A DNA stretch of 64,000 nt from Octopus sinensis (GCF_006345805.1 NC_042997.1:5766001-5830000), one strand, 5' to 3'. Counted from the first letter of the stretch, positions 44,225 through 59,180 are shown. The notes: a model not told the origin generated them from the sequence alone. Made by a program: numbers and translations.

Positions 44225-44241
44225 AAGAGAGAGAGAGAGAG

Positions 44242-44956
44242 AGATAAATGGTACAACAAGGCACCAACATTTACGTTGTCCGATTCTAGGTTGTCTAATT
44301 GTTCTTCCTAGATGTAAGACAATTTTTTTTCGTGTTTGTTGCACAGACGCGTCTTTGCTAGTATATACGCAGTGAAGCTATGCAATAGCGTCGGATTTAT
44401 TACGATTGCTATTTTTCAGTAAATAATGTTTCCTTGTTGTACCATTTATCTATTTTTATATGTATAATGTTACACTTATGGGCTATCTTTTACTGAAATT
44501 AATACATTCGTATTGCATTATTATTTTCATTGAAACTTCTTCACTGTTCTCGTTCTGTTAACGATTTGGCGTTCAGACGAGTATACTGGTGTTGATGCGG
44601 CAACATTTTAAATTTTTCTAGGTAAATGCAGCTGATGAAGACTAATCAATTTTATGTTGTCAAACGTATTTGAAGAGTCAGAAACCGGGCCTGAATTATC
44701 CGATTCTAGGTTGTCTATTTATCAGATGTTCTTCCTAGAGGGAAGACAAATTTTTTTCATGTTTGTTGTACAGACGCGTCTTTGCTAGTATATACGCAGT
44801 GAAGCTATACAACAGCGTCGTATTTATTACGATTGCTATTTTCCAGTAAATAATGGTTCCTTGTTGTACCATTTATCTATTTTTATATGTATAATTTTAC
44901 CCTTATGGGCGATCTTTTACTGGAAAGTAATACATTCGTATTGTCTTATTATTTTC

Positions 44957-44958
<2 letters not shown>
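44242..44958 (+). mobile_element. ~420-bp partial tandem repeat with 5' inverted fragment and hammerhead-like motif (Penelope pLTR/retrozyme-like), between microsatellites
   Basis: 44279-44530 is repeated at 44699-44958. 44242-44274 is the reverse complement of an internal segment (ccttgttgtaccatttatct). (TA)n/(GA)n flanks. Confidence 0.75.
44626..44696 (+). ncRNA. Degenerate type I hammerhead motif
   Basis: CAG-CTGATGA-a-GACT...AGTC-a-GAAAC-CG-GGC-CTG. Stem I is CAG/CTG. The cleavage triplet reads GGC rather than GUC, so it is probably inactive. Confidence 0.6.
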
Positions 44959-44993
<35 letters not shown>

Positions 44994-45005
44994 CTTATTA
45001 TTTTC

Positions 45006-45040
<35 letters not shown>

Positions 45041-45042
<2 letters not shown>

Positions 45043-45348
45043 GAGGTGCAATGGCCTAGTGGTTAGGGCAGCGGACTCGCGGTCGTAGGATCGTTGTTTC
45101 GATTCCCAGACCGGGCGTTGTGAGTGTTTATTGAGCGAAAACACCTAAAAGCTCCACGAGGCTGCGGCAGGGGGTGGTGATCCATGCTGTACTCTTTCAC
45201 CACTCTTTCTCCCACTCTTTCTTCTGTTGGCCTGCTCGCTAAGCCAGCGAGGTGGCGTCATTCCAAGGCTAAAACAATGCGAACGCATTGTGACCAGCGA
45301 TGTGTAACTACATCAGATGGACTGGTCGGTCACGTGATGGTCACGTGA
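45041..45348 (+). mobile_element. tRNA-derived SINE family C
   Basis: A-box tggcctagtggttagg, B-box-like tttcgattccc, body, 3' repeat (ggtcacgtgat)x2; inserted in a (TG)/(TA) tract. Confidence 0.8.
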
Positions 45349-45413
45349 TATATATATATATATAATGTTTTTGCATATATATATATATGTATATATATAA
45401 TGTTTTTGCAACA

Positions 45414-45489
<76 letters not shown>

Positions 45490-45499
<10 letters not shown>

Positions 45500-47730
45500 A
45501 ATAACAAATGGGAGACAGAAGATGGAATATGCGAGAATTTATTATTAATCGCGACAATTGTTTTGACATATCTGGCATCGATTCCTCTTGGGTGAGACAC
45601 TCAGCAACTGGTTCCGGAGCATCCTGTGGTGCAGATGCATCTCGTCGGGTGATAAATAAATAAAAACAGCTCGTTATAATGACTGTTACACAACGTCACT
45701 TTCCGTTTTGTAGAGATAAAAATAGCCAGACGGAGGAAATATTTTCAATTATATAGAAAATCAAAATTAAAATTGCAGATAACAAAAAGAGAAACGAACA
45801 CATAATCCAGCGAAAAATGTATTGAAAATACTTTTTTCGCCTTTGGGCAAAATGCATGGTTCGAGTAAACACGCTCATACTAGCATCAGTAAAAATGTGA
45901 GCATATGCAGACGAGAGGTTTAGTGCACTCATGATCACAAAGTGAGTTACTTATTTACTTCGTGTTTATAAGAATGGGGAGATTAAAAGTAAAGTTAAGT
46001 CATCGATAGCTTAAAGTAAACTAAATTAAATTAAGTTAGCGGTTACACAAAATTCATTCTCACAACATTGTGCAAAAGTACATCTATATGTGTGCAGACA
46101 TTTCGATAATCGTTGAGAAATACTATTAATTATTTTCACGTTATTGCACCGAATATACAGGGATTCCTCGGAGCAGAGACGGCATCTCCTGGAAATTATA
46201 TTGTATGGTTTTGCGTGTCTAATTATGGACCAATTGATGTTGTACTTTGATCTACCCTCCTTCAGTTCCCATATAAAATCTGCCACAGATGTTGAATGCC
46301 TGTTATTGATTTGACTTAAAGCTGGTAACATGGTTACGATGACTATCCTTAAATGAATCAGCCGTTTGTCCAATGTAAACATAGGTCGCTCCCCTTGTGT
46401 GCACGGTACATTTATATACAAGATTTGTACTCCTACAGAGATTCATCAAATGACATAAGCATTTATCGTATTTATTTGTATATAAGTCAGTCTCGAATCA
46501 ATTTACCGTGCTAGCTGTATCATGAGTATTTCTACTACTACAAATTGGTCGAAGTTGATGTATATCAATGCGGTTGGTATTTAGATGCAAATATTTGCTA
46601 GATCCAGTGAATGGGCTATTGAACATTTGCTGCATTTTGCTATTGTATATGCGATGCATAATCTCCTCTAAATTAGCAGAGTTAGCGTAGGAAAACTTCA
46701 TGGTGTGTCGCAGCGATCCTGGCTGGAAAATGCAAACCGAAAATTGGGTTGAAATAGAAGAAATCCTGATCCCTCTATCTGTTGTTAGGTGTATTTGATC
46801 GAGTGTGTTGTACAGGATTGGAAGAAGCAGTTGAATTATTATATCACATGTGTCTATGAATTATCGTTGGTTGTTCACTGACATGACTAATTCTTTCTAG
46901 CTTGTATTCTTTATCCGAGTGATTTCTTAAACGGTAACGTTGTGGTGGTATACGATGTGCATCGCAGTTGTAGGAATTACCAATGTTGCTTAAGCTTGCT
47001 TCTTGTACGTATTGAATTTTATTGCGGTACCCATTCCTAGCCTGATCATCATTATAGCATTATAATATATTGAATAAGTTTTGAAAATGTTATTGTTAGC
47101 AGATAATCTTGAGATTCTAGTAGAAATATTCTTAATCGAGGGCGGATGATGGGAAGCGATGTCAATGTACGCAATAAGATAAATCGGTTTATGAAATTGT
47201 TATGAAATTGTTCAAACAATCCAGTATCATGATAGAAGGTAGCGTCAAGAAAATTCTCTCAACGATAATCTTTACACAGAGTAATGTTTAGGCCTAAGTT
47301 TATCCTATGCCTTTCTAACTGTACTTTACTACTTCTGTCTAGAAAAAATAAGGCGTCATCACTATTTAGACCTCCTGTTACCTCCGGAGAGGAAGACTGG
47401 ATTAATGAAATAATATATATTCCGAATAGCTCACTGGCCAGAGTAGAATCGTGTGAGCTCATTGATATATAACATACTTTTTCCCTATCTAATCTACTTC
47501 ATAAAAATCTACTACAGTGGCTCGAGCGGCAAGTATAACAGTTTTGCGTCGGGACAAATCGGAAATTTTCATGCTAATAACCAGGGCATGATTGAGAACG
47601 ATCGGGCATAGTAGCTCTCTATATCAAGTTGTTGCAAGAATTTACTAGTCTTGCTAATTTCAAATGCCATAGTGGTTCTGAGTTGTAGGTACAGGAGTTA
47701 CTGAAACTCTGCATAAGGAGTAAACAACCA
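45490..47730 (-). mobile_element. Decayed Penelope-like retroelement (RT + C-terminal GIY-YIG region, 3' pLTR remnant)
   Basis: Minus-strand translations give QLDIESYY; MSSHDSTLASELFGIYI..GGLNSDDAL (cf. MGSYDGAE.CELVG..GLYRDDGL); NFLDATF; ASHHPPSI..RISRLS; MKFSY; HSTSVADFIWELKE..YNINWSII..AKPY..CRLC.EE..SKCLH. Many frameshifts and stops. Hammerhead-like remnant at 45601-45653. Confidence 0.85.
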
Positions 47731-47947
47731 CCATGTATATGTGTGTGTATATATATATATGTGCATATATATATATATATGCACGCACACACGCACACAT
47801 ACATACACGCACACTCCCACACATATATATGTGTGTGTGGTCAGCTTATAGTAGGTATGTATCTAAATGCTTTGCCTCATCAGTGGAAAATAAACAAAAC
47901 AGTATATGAATACTAATATATGTATGTATGTGTATGTTATATATATA

Positions 47948-48074
<127 letters not shown>

Positions 48075-48126
48075 ATATATATGTATGTATATATATATTA
48101 TATATATATATGTGTGTGTGTATATA

Positions 48127-48181
<55 letters not shown>

Positions 48182-48235
48182 ATATATTATATATATATAT
48201 ATTATATATATATATTATATATATATATACATATA

Positions 48236-48299
<64 letters not shown>

Positions 48300-49754
48300 A
48301 TATATACTCTCACACACCTATATACTTATATAGAAATGAAGTCACATGGTCAGTGTATAAATATTTCGAAAAGTAAAGAATCGAAGTGTAATCTTCCCAT
48401 TAATTTTTATTACAGTAAATTTTACTTTAATATATATTTTCCATAAATTTAAAACTACTCTATATCATAATGCTTTAAATCTAATGTTTTGTTGTAGAAA
48501 ATCAATATTTACAGTTTTTATTGCTTATTATTCCACGTGATAAATGTCACAATCGTGCCTCCTGTGTGGTAAACAGATTTAGTTTGTAAAATGTTTATAA
48601 TCAGAAATACATTTTATCCGGTTAGCATATATGTTCATTACAGGATGTTGACATTCTGCAAAGATGTTTCCCACATTAATATTTCTTCAGCATATATCAG
48701 CGAATAATACTTTAAGAAAAATAATTACGATGAGCTAGCAAGCGAACTTTTACACAGTCGCTGTCTTCTTGACACTTAAAAAAAAACATCTAAAATCGCA
48801 CACAGTTTTTTGCTCTTACTTATCAGAGTTTTCACTTGGTAATAGATATATTTTTGAAGACACCAAAGAAGGTAACCTGTTTCACACGCCTCTGACAATT
48901 TTGATGTTGCTAAAAATCTTTAATATAATTAATTTTGAGTAATTCATCTCGAAGAAATTTATCCTTATGCTATGAACATGAGGCACAGGAAAACAGTAAA
49001 GTATAAGTAACTAGCGTCAGTTAAAGTCTGTTCATCATTGTTTTATCGCCATTAAAAGGGCACTTAAATTACTACGTGGCTGTATGGAAATAAGTTTAGT
49101 TAGTTTACATGTCTAAATGAAATAAAATAATGACTTATATATCCTCTCATTCTTATAGTGCTGCAAGATGGGCATTACGCTAAGCTACTTAACTGAATTT
49201 CATGATACTATTTTAGATGTTACTCTCTAAACCATCATGAAAATGAGTTCGAATAATATCCTAACAGCACTCAATTCAATGACATCAAGTAAAAACAACA
49301 TAGATCTAAATTCTTTATTTATTATTGCTGCCAATTTCCTGGTGCAATAATTCTCTACCTTTGCATGCGAAACCATGGAACTTTTATATCATTATCAATA
49401 AAAAACATTTTATATACTTTTACACAAAACAGATGGCTTTCAAGAGGAACAATTTTTCCTCGTTCGTGCATCGCTGAGGCACCAAAAGTTATCTATGAAA
49501 GGTGTGATCGAAACAGTGACAACAAATATAATAGAGAGACTGTTAGTTTCCATCTCCGAATATAATATCGGACATGAATATTGCATATAAACAAACAGGC
49601 TCTATTCTCATCGACATGGTCTGTATAAATAACATAGCAAAAATGTCCAAGGCATTGTGCAAACCCATTAGATTGTGGAATCGCTATATTTCAGGTGTCT
49701 GCTTTTTTGGCTACCATCATTCTAATTTCTTTATCTATGTATCTCTCTCTGTGC

Positions 49755-49815
<61 letters not shown>

Positions 49816-49871
49816 CACACACGCACACACATACACACACACATACAGGCATATATATATATACGCATACA

Positions 49872-50198
49872 GAAGGCGCATGGCTCAGTGGTTAGAGCGT
49901 CGAACTTACAATCGTGAATTAGTGAGTTCGATCCATTGACCGGGCTGTGTGTTATGTTCTTGAACAAGACACAATATTTCACGTTGCTCTAATTCGCACG
50001 GCTGTAGAAATGAGTGACCGCTCCGAATCTGTATCAGCCTTTCCCTTCGATAACATTAGCGACATGGGTATGGGAGACTGGTATGCATGGGTGACTCCTA
50101 GCCTTCCACAAACTTGCTCGGACTTGTGCCTCGGTGTGTGTGTGGGGGGGCTTTCTGGGTGAAATTCTATATTCATTCTTAACTGCAGGGAGTCTTTA
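49872..50198 (+). mobile_element. tRNA-derived SINE family D
   Basis: tggctcagtggttagagc, gagttcgatcc, core gctgtagaaatgagt; homologs at 39963 and 36902. Confidence 0.75.
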
Positions 50199-50289
50199 CT
50201 CCTAGATATATATATATATAACAAGCTTCTTTCGGTTGCCATCTACCATTCAAGTTTCAATACTTTGATAGAAGACAATATGTCATGTT

Positions 50290-50465
50290 CAAATTTAGCG
50301 GTATTCAATCGGTTCTTTATGTTCTGAGTTCAAATTCCAATGAGGTTGACTTAACCTTTCATCTTTTCAGAACCGATAAAATAAGTCTCACCTGAACAGT
50401 GTGGCTGTTGTAATCAGCATACATCTTAACTTAAAATCACTGGCCTTGTGCCAACATTTGAAACC
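50290..50465 (+). mobile_element. Degenerate SINE family A copy
   Basis: gttctgagttcaaattcc..gaggttgact..cctttcatc..ggccttgtgcc. Confidence 0.65.
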
Positions 50466-52987
50466 ATCATAATACATAATCTTTGAACGTATGGCATTAG
50501 CTCTGCTTGCACTTACCTTTCACAAAAATCACATAAAATAAGATAGATGTTTCACAGAAACACTGTCTAGCTTAAACGCTTCAACAATAGAAATAACGTA
50601 CTATCATTAAAACTGGCGGAGATCGTAAAAGGTTATTTTGAAAAGGCAGTATTTATAAACGAATAGAAAACCTCTGTTGTGGAAACGGAGAAATAGTTTT
50701 TCCTGATTCGATACAAATGTGACACAATTAATAAATGTGCACAATTACATAATATTCTGACTATGCAAATGTTGTCTCTATGCAAATGTAAGCTTATCCA
50801 GTGACAAGTTATATGTTTATTAATACTATTGGAACACAGCGTTTGATAGATTCGATATCACAAAATCAACGCCTAAGAAAAAAAGATCCACATTACATCA
50901 ATATTGCCACATTTAGTATTCCTTATAGCAGTTAGCGATACACGCCCCACGTTGTTCGATGACTTTTGTTGGTAATCAACTTTCTAAGCGGGTATAAAGC
51001 CTGTTGAGTGAGATCAAGATTTGTTTTTTCTTCTTCAAGGTGTGGGTGTTTTGTTTCGACCCCCATCATATTTTGTTTGTTTGCCGCGTAGAATTGTATC
51101 ACTTTCTTCTTATTCTTCTGTCGCTTATATACGAGCACATTTCGTACCCGGCGAACTCGATTGACAAATATTGTTACTTTCTGTCACAGACACGCACATA
51201 TTCACTTCGTTGATTTACGCTAAAACAATCTTTAAATTGACTAATATTTCCTCTATTTCTAGCAAAGACACTTTTACATTCTTTCTCTTTCTCTCTAATG
51301 AAAACGTATGTTTACGCTGCAATGATGTTAGCTAATTGCCTGTCACACTATGTTCTGCACTCACGTATAACAATCATTTAAAGTATTCAAACTTGCCTCT
51401 GCATCTACGCTATTTTCTCTTCGCTTGTATTCATCCGACATTTATGTTTCTTCAGAAGAGTACTCATTTTCATTGAAGTATCAAAACACCCGACTTGGGT
51501 TCGCCTCTGAAAGATTGTTTGCTGGAAAGTTATTAAATTTGCGTCCGAATATACAAAAGTCATACATCACGGCCAAGCGATTACGAAGTTCGTTTTGAAA
51601 TTATGATGTACCGGGATATGCCAGACTGCGTAGTAATTTCGACACGCATTATTTATCGTAGACTAGGATCAACGAAGCATTTTATGTGAGAAAACGAATA
51701 GACAGAAGCATTAAGTAAATTCCTTTGATAGATTGTGCTACTCTCTGAAACATCCGTACAAGTGTATCACTGTGTCAAGTTAACTTTTACAGAGAATCAC
51801 ACAAAGTGTAAAAGAGAATATCTAGTGAGTAACTTAAATATTAATTAAGCACTACATATTTTAGTCTATCGGATTACTCTGTAATCCACTTCGGAACAAA
51901 TTGAACTATAGGAATTAGTTTACTTCTGTAGTCACCGAAAGTGCCGTTATATACATTTTTAATGCTTTCAAATCAGTAATGAATGTCGATTGCATGTGCG
52001 AATATTTTTGAAGCTTTATTATAATCATGTAATGAATAAAATCAAACTTTCCTTTTATGTTACAATCTGACATTTTCTTTTATGCTAAAATGTGATACAA
52101 CATATTTTTATGATTGTATGCCATTGTAAAATAAAAGGAAATAATTGCACTAGTCTCCATATCCTCTAATGTTTTAATTATTGCTAATAAGCACTCCAGA
52201 TAATATCGCCGTCTAGTGAAGCAAACTCGGTATTACATATCCTAGGAATTTACATGGCTAGCAAGAACTCATCGTAGTGATAGACGTTTAAATAGTAATG
52301 AATGGGGTCAGCCACAATCCAGAACATAACTGAGAGCTTCATCAATATCCACCAGGATAATATATCAGCCTAAATAATTCACAATAATATGTGTGTGTGG
52401 GGGGAGGGTGTTAAGTTATGATGTTTTATACGGTACATGTTCACACGACCAGTTATTGAAAACCTTTCTATGAAGTTTCACGTATGTTTTGAGAATCCTC
52501 ATTTTTTTAGATAGGGGCATGTTAGATTAGGTACTTCAGAGCACGTTAAAAACTGGCGGAATAAAGAGTTTGACTACGAGGAATAAAATACTTCTGATTT
52601 CAAATATACATGACCAAGGCCTACTTGGAACCTAATATTAACAGCCAAACAACAGCGACCACATGTCTAGAGGAATGCACCAGAATAGAAAACGAAAGCT
52701 AACTTGTTACAAGTTATTTAGTCGCTCTCCCTAGTCTGCAACTCGTGATTCTTCAAACACCATATATTTTAGTTGATATAAAAGTAAATTCAGACACTGA
52801 AAAATAAGTTATGTTATAATGTTATTCCAACTGGAAATGTCATTATACTACAAAAGAATCACGACATGTCATAAAGAAGATTTTCTTTCAGCAATTATGC
52901 TAAAGAGGTGCAATAAAGCTAAGTTACATGATATGAACTAAAGTAAATAGGTTGTTATTGCCACTGTGTAAAATGCAAATAACGCAA

Positions 52988-53051
<64 letters not shown>

Positions 53052-53072
53052 TAATAATAATAATAATAATAA

Positions 53073-53108
<36 letters not shown>

Positions 53109-53534
53109 GAAGAGGCTTTAAAATTATAAGAACATCAAGGACAACAATAGTAATACTTGAACGATAGGCAATTTACAAACAAAAGAACTAATGTAAAATC
53201 CATTTTAAGCGAGAACACGGTATTTTCTTTCAATTGTGAATCTACATTAAAACGATTTATCGTCTACTCCTAGTTTTCTCCAGTAAAAACGACACCTAAA
53301 TCATGTTATATAGACACATTAAATTTTATATGAAAAAAATTGAGCATAGATAACAACGAACTGTTAATATCGTATTAGAAATATTAAATGGGAATGCATC
53401 AGATTTAACGTTAGCGAACCTCTTAAAATATCAACTACACACTCAATAGCACACGCACATATGTCTCTCTCAGTTTTTCTCTTTCGATCTCTCCCTCTCT
53501 CTCCCCCTCTCTCTATATACAGATATATATATAG

Positions 53535-53591
<57 letters not shown>

Positions 53592-53776
53592 CATACACAC
53601 ATATCACAGACACACACGTATGTATATATATATATATACATACATACTCATATACATACATATATACATATACATACATATATACCTATACATATACACA
53701 TATACATACATATATACCTATACATATACATATACATATATACCTATACATACACACACACACACACACACACACA

Positions 53777-53850
<74 letters not shown>

Positions 53851-53853
<3 letters not shown>

Positions 53854-54444
53854 CTTTGCTAGTGGTCTGCACGAAATATTGATGTTAAATTGACATGCAA
53901 CGTTAGTATTGTCTCGATAATTTGGATTTCAAACGGCAAATAAAGAAGCTTATTTTTGCATTAATTATTAATTCTAAAATTAAATTATTGTGCAATTTCA
54001 TGAATTACTGTGAATCTCAACATGGTGTATCATTTCTTTAGGCGAGACTTTTAGAGCATGGTGAGACAGTCAATTCCTCTAATATAGCTTTTTTTTTGTT
54101 CAATGAAAATAGTAATGAATAGAATTTATATAACTATCTCTGCTGTAATGATACTAGAATATATTGAATCACAGCAACTCCATTTAGACAAGCATGATGA
54201 AAAAGAAGGTAAACAACAACAAAATATAAAGTGTATATTTTGAAAACAATTTACCAAGCATACATACAACAAGCTCTTGTGTGCATATTTAGAGTCTTAT
54301 ACATATAGCATACACAAAAGTATGTATTTTTGTATAAATATGTCTGTCTGTCTATCTATCTATCTTTCAATAGAAAGCTAGACTTACTATTTATAGATTT
54401 ACACACATTTCTATATATACATATATACACACACATACATATAT

Positions 54445-54493
<49 letters not shown>

Positions 54494-55092
54494 CTTTGCT
54501 AGTGGTCTGCACGAAATATTGATGTTAAATTGACATGCAACGTTAGTATTGTCTCGATAATTTGGATTTCAAACGGCAAATAAAGAAGCTTATTTTTGCA
54601 TTAATTATTAATTCGAAAATTAAATTATTGTGCAATTTCATGAATTACTGTGAATCTCAACATGGTGTATCATTTCTTTAGGCGAAACTTTTAGAGCATT
54701 GTGAGACAGTCAATTCCTCTAATATAGCTTTTTTTTTGTTCAATGAAAATAGTAATGAATAGAATTTATATAACTATCTCTGCTGTAATGATACTAGAAT
54801 ATATTGAATCACAGCAACTCCATTTAGACAAGCATGATGAAAAAGAAGGTAAACAACAACAAAATATAAAGTGTATATTTTGAAAACAATTTACCAAGCA
54901 TACATACAACAAGCTCTTGTGTGCATATTTAGAGTCTTATACATATAGCATACACAAAAGTATGTATTTTTGTATAAATGTGTCTGTCTGTCTATCTATC
55001 TATCTTTCAATAGAAAGCTAGACTTACTATTTATAGATTTACACACATTTCTATATATACATATATACACACACATACATATATACACACAC
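53851..55092. repeat. Near-perfect 640-bp tandem duplication bounded by TA/CA microsatellites
   Basis: atactttgctagtggtctgcacg at 53851 and 54491; only a few substitutions between the copies. Confidence 0.95.
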
Positions 55093-58000
55093 AAACACAT
55101 AAATCTATTCATATACACACACACACGCACACAAACATACACACATATATATATATTAAATACCTATACACATCTATTGTTGGTGAGATTATATAATTAT
55201 TATTCAGTGTATACAAATACGTAGATTTTACTCTTCTTTTGTCATCCTCAGACATTCTACACCTTCAGAAGACACTTGATATTTGTGGAACAAATACAAG
55301 AAAAAAGCTTTACGTATCGTAACTCCTTTTTGAAAAGTACTCTTAGAGACAGGGACGTTGTTGGATGCTTCTCTTGGTATGCGAAACCTTATTGGATACG
55401 GTCCACTGAAGCCACTTATACTTGAACCAAGTACATGCTTATTCGTCAGAACTAGACAGCAACATCTTTCCATGCGAGCTGCTTGATACGTCTAGATTTG
55501 AAAATATGACTGTATAACAATACACTAAACAAGGATTGGAAATTCAAAGAATTTTCCAGTACTTCGTATGCTGACACTAAAAGATAAGGATCGACTAATT
55601 ATCTCAAACAAAGACACAGCAAGCGTATACATACTACACTGTTATTAAATTCGTATTGCTGCACTCCACGAGCGAAACAATTTATGGGTTATAGCAAAAC
55701 CATTTCGTCTGAAAAGGGAAGTGGCATGATGGCAGTTGAAATCGGAAAGTATATTTCTCTTGACGAAGATAAACAATATATTTGCTGGTATTTGACGTAC
55801 GTTATGTCTCCTTGCTAATTCTACTATTTACGTAATAAACCCTTTGAAAGCTTACGGCTCCAGTTACGTTTAAATACTAAAGAATAAATTAAATTTTTTT
55901 TAAATAAACTCTTTAAGCAACTATCGGGAACAGAGTCCCGGGATACTTAGTAAATAAATAATAACTAGATTTATGCATTTGTCACTACAGAATTCAGAAT
56001 ATGAACGAAATCGTATGTTGAGACCATCTTGCGCCAATAAGATCTTCATTGTTAACACTTAACTCTTAAGAAACACAAGCATATAATTTCTTAAACGTAG
56101 GTGTCTATGATATCCGGGCGATTCATAGAAAAAGAATAACACAATAAACAATATACAGTCTACTTCAAAGAGTGACTGATAGACGACAGTATATAATTGG
56201 TTATACGAGAAAAGTCAAGTGCACGGAAGAGTGCAAATAGCAAGATTTCTCCTGGCATTCCAATACAATTTCAATACTCTTAAACATTATCTCTCCGATA
56301 CAGTTAAATAGCCTACACACACGTCTTTCTGCCTGTCAGTCTGTTTGTCTGCATCCCCACCATATAGGTGTGTGTGGGGGGATGTGTGTTTGAGTGTCTG
56401 GTTGTGTGTGTGTATGTATATATACATATACATATATAGCTTTTGTACTTGTTTACGTGAAACGTTTTGAATATGCAACTAAAGCTCATTTTCCATTATA
56501 CCGACCACATTTTAATAATGCTGACTCGTGAACCAGTTTTTTTGGGGCTCCCATCTTGCTATTCTGATATAACGTAGGATAAGTATAGTAATGATAGCAA
56601 TAATCGTTGGATGGAATTTATAAACATTTGAATGCATATTAAAATGTTTAAATATTCCATCCAAGTATTATTGTTATTACTACTATACTTACACATACAT
56701 ACATGCATAAATACATAAGCATATGTAAATGCGCCTATGTATAAACATACGAACAAAAACACATCCATACATATATATATATATACACGCATATGTGGTG
56801 TGAGAGTGTATAATAAGTGATTGTAACCAACTTCATTTGTTAATAACAGTATGCAGTGGTTACTGCATATGCATATATGTAAAAGTGTTTGAGTGTGCGT
56901 GTTTGTGTGTGTATGTGTTTTATGTGTGTGTTTGTCTGTGTGTGTATTTATATTTCTTCAATAATCGGCTATGACCGTTTACATGAAAATGCCCATGTGT
57001 ATTTTAATTGTATTTGAATTCGAGCAGACGGGCTGCCAATTGCACTTTCTGTTCATTAGACGTTCACCCTACAATCATTCATATGTTCTTTTCTACCATG
57101 AAATTTTCAGACTTCCTTTATGTGTATATGCGTGCTTTTGTGTGTGTGTGTGTGTGTTGAATATATACAGAATTGAATTCAACAACGAGGGAACATAAGC
57201 AGGAGGCAAGCAAAGCTACTTGTGTGACATAGTCATGCATTGCGAGGCACATGGCCTTTTCGCTGTCACTGACTAGTAAATCTCTTAATATTATTGGATG
57301 GCTGTTATTTCACATATTCAGCTGAAAGTCTTTCGTACCAAAATGAGTATTCCCGTGTTTCGTATAATAAAATTCACATGTTATTAGAATCACAAATTCA
57401 TCTCTGTTTCGATTACTGTCAATAGTTACGAAAGGATATAGAAATTTCGCTTAAGATTTGTAGTCATGTCTGCGTAATCATTATGACCCATATCACTGCA
57501 TCGACAAACTACAGAATGCGATAAAAATCCGAGGTTGTGAAAGATATTAGAACATTTATAAATGGGTTTTACAGCTGTTTCCGGGATATTTTACATATCC
57601 CATTATCGGAGATGGTGTGAGAAAATGGTTGGGCAATAGTTATTCTGGATACGTCAGTGAAGTGGAGGGATGAAAATAGACTTGAAGCATGCAGGGATAT
57701 CGTATCTGTAGTTCATTATTTAGGCAGAATGGAATATATATAAGATTCTTGGAGGTTGTGAGTAAGTTTCAATAGTATTTAAAATCGATCATTCTAAGCA
57801 AAGATTTTGTAAAATGTGTTATTGTATCGAGAGTTTTTTTTTTAAACGTCTTAAAATTTGGGATCTATTTTTAAGGTCAAATCAAAGAAGAAGGGATAGA
57901 GGAAAAAAAAAGAACCAAATAGAGCTCATCTCCATTCTTTTAGATACGATAAACATAGTAAATCTACAACACTCGCAAACCACATGCATCAGTTCAAAAA

Positions 58001-58406
58001 TGCAAATATACCCTCTAACCTATCATAGTCTATACTGGATTCAGGGCTTCCCTACCGAGGACAACGTTTAACCTGCAGGCTTTGCATGAAGGAGGCGTTT
58101 CACATATTAAATCACAACTCTGTCATTGTCTCTCCTTCACTCTTCCTACTTCTGAACTATGTCTATGAAGGTTTCACAAGATTGCGACAGTAGATTCTTC
58201 AGAGAATGCATTTGAATATACGCGAACCAATCTTCCTCATGGTGCTAATATTTTCAACTCTTGCCATTTTCTTCTCAAGAAAACTTCAAAATAACTTGCT
58301 CTCGTTTTAAACGGATCATTTCCAGTTCTTATTATCAATAATAATGATCTTCCACATTGCGAACTGTTCTGTAATTTCATTGTCTGTAAGAGAGTGAATG
58401 TATGTA

Positions 58407-58446
<40 letters not shown>

Positions 58447-58890
58447 TGTGTGGGTGTGTATGTGTGTGTCTGTGTGGGTCTACAGAAAGAGATATAGCGT
58501 AAATATCATGCCCAATGAGAGATGAACAAATGGGTGGAACATAATTTCAAAAGTATTGTTTTGACTTCAACTTTGAAGTCGAATTTGAAGTCAAATTCGC
58601 TTATTTGAAATTTGAAGTCAACGAAAATGTAATGGATATTCATAACGTGATTGTCCCTTCTTTTATATCTGAGATGAAATTACGAATGTAATTTGAAAAA
58701 GCCAAAAATTAAACAACTTGCGACGATGTACATAATTGATACTGACCCATAAGTAGTTTACCTAGTATGAGTATTTGATGTGATATTACTTTACAGTGTA
58801 AAAAAATGTTATGGTCAGCTTAATTACTTGATGCATTCATGCACGTTGTTTGTGGTATATAGCGAAATGTAGAGAGGTATATATATGTAT

Positions 58891-58956
<66 letters not shown>

Positions 58957-59074
58957 CAATTAAGGAACGGCCATAATAGGCCATTCACCCACTAGAAATA
59001 ACAGCCAAAGCTTCTACCGCAAATAAAGATCAATTCCGTAAACAGGAGAAAATTAAAAAAACATTTACCCTGTA

Positions 59075-59180
59075 ATTTCTTGTACGGTATACCGTTTCAT
59101 CCGTTGTTTAATGGTAAACCAACCTAATTAAATTAAATCAAGCCAATCTTCCATAAGCCCTCGGATTCATCAGCAGAAAT
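59075..59180 (-). ncRNA. Type I hammerhead ribozyme (- strand copy, 1-nt deletion in stem I)
   Basis: Same motif, but reads cagcagaaat instead of cagcaagaaat at 59171-59180. Confidence 0.75.

Noticed and set aside
45041-45120. Possible tRNA genes (also 5866, 39963, 49872)
   Set aside because: A/B boxes are present, but I could not fold a complete cloverleaf, and each continues into a repeat body.
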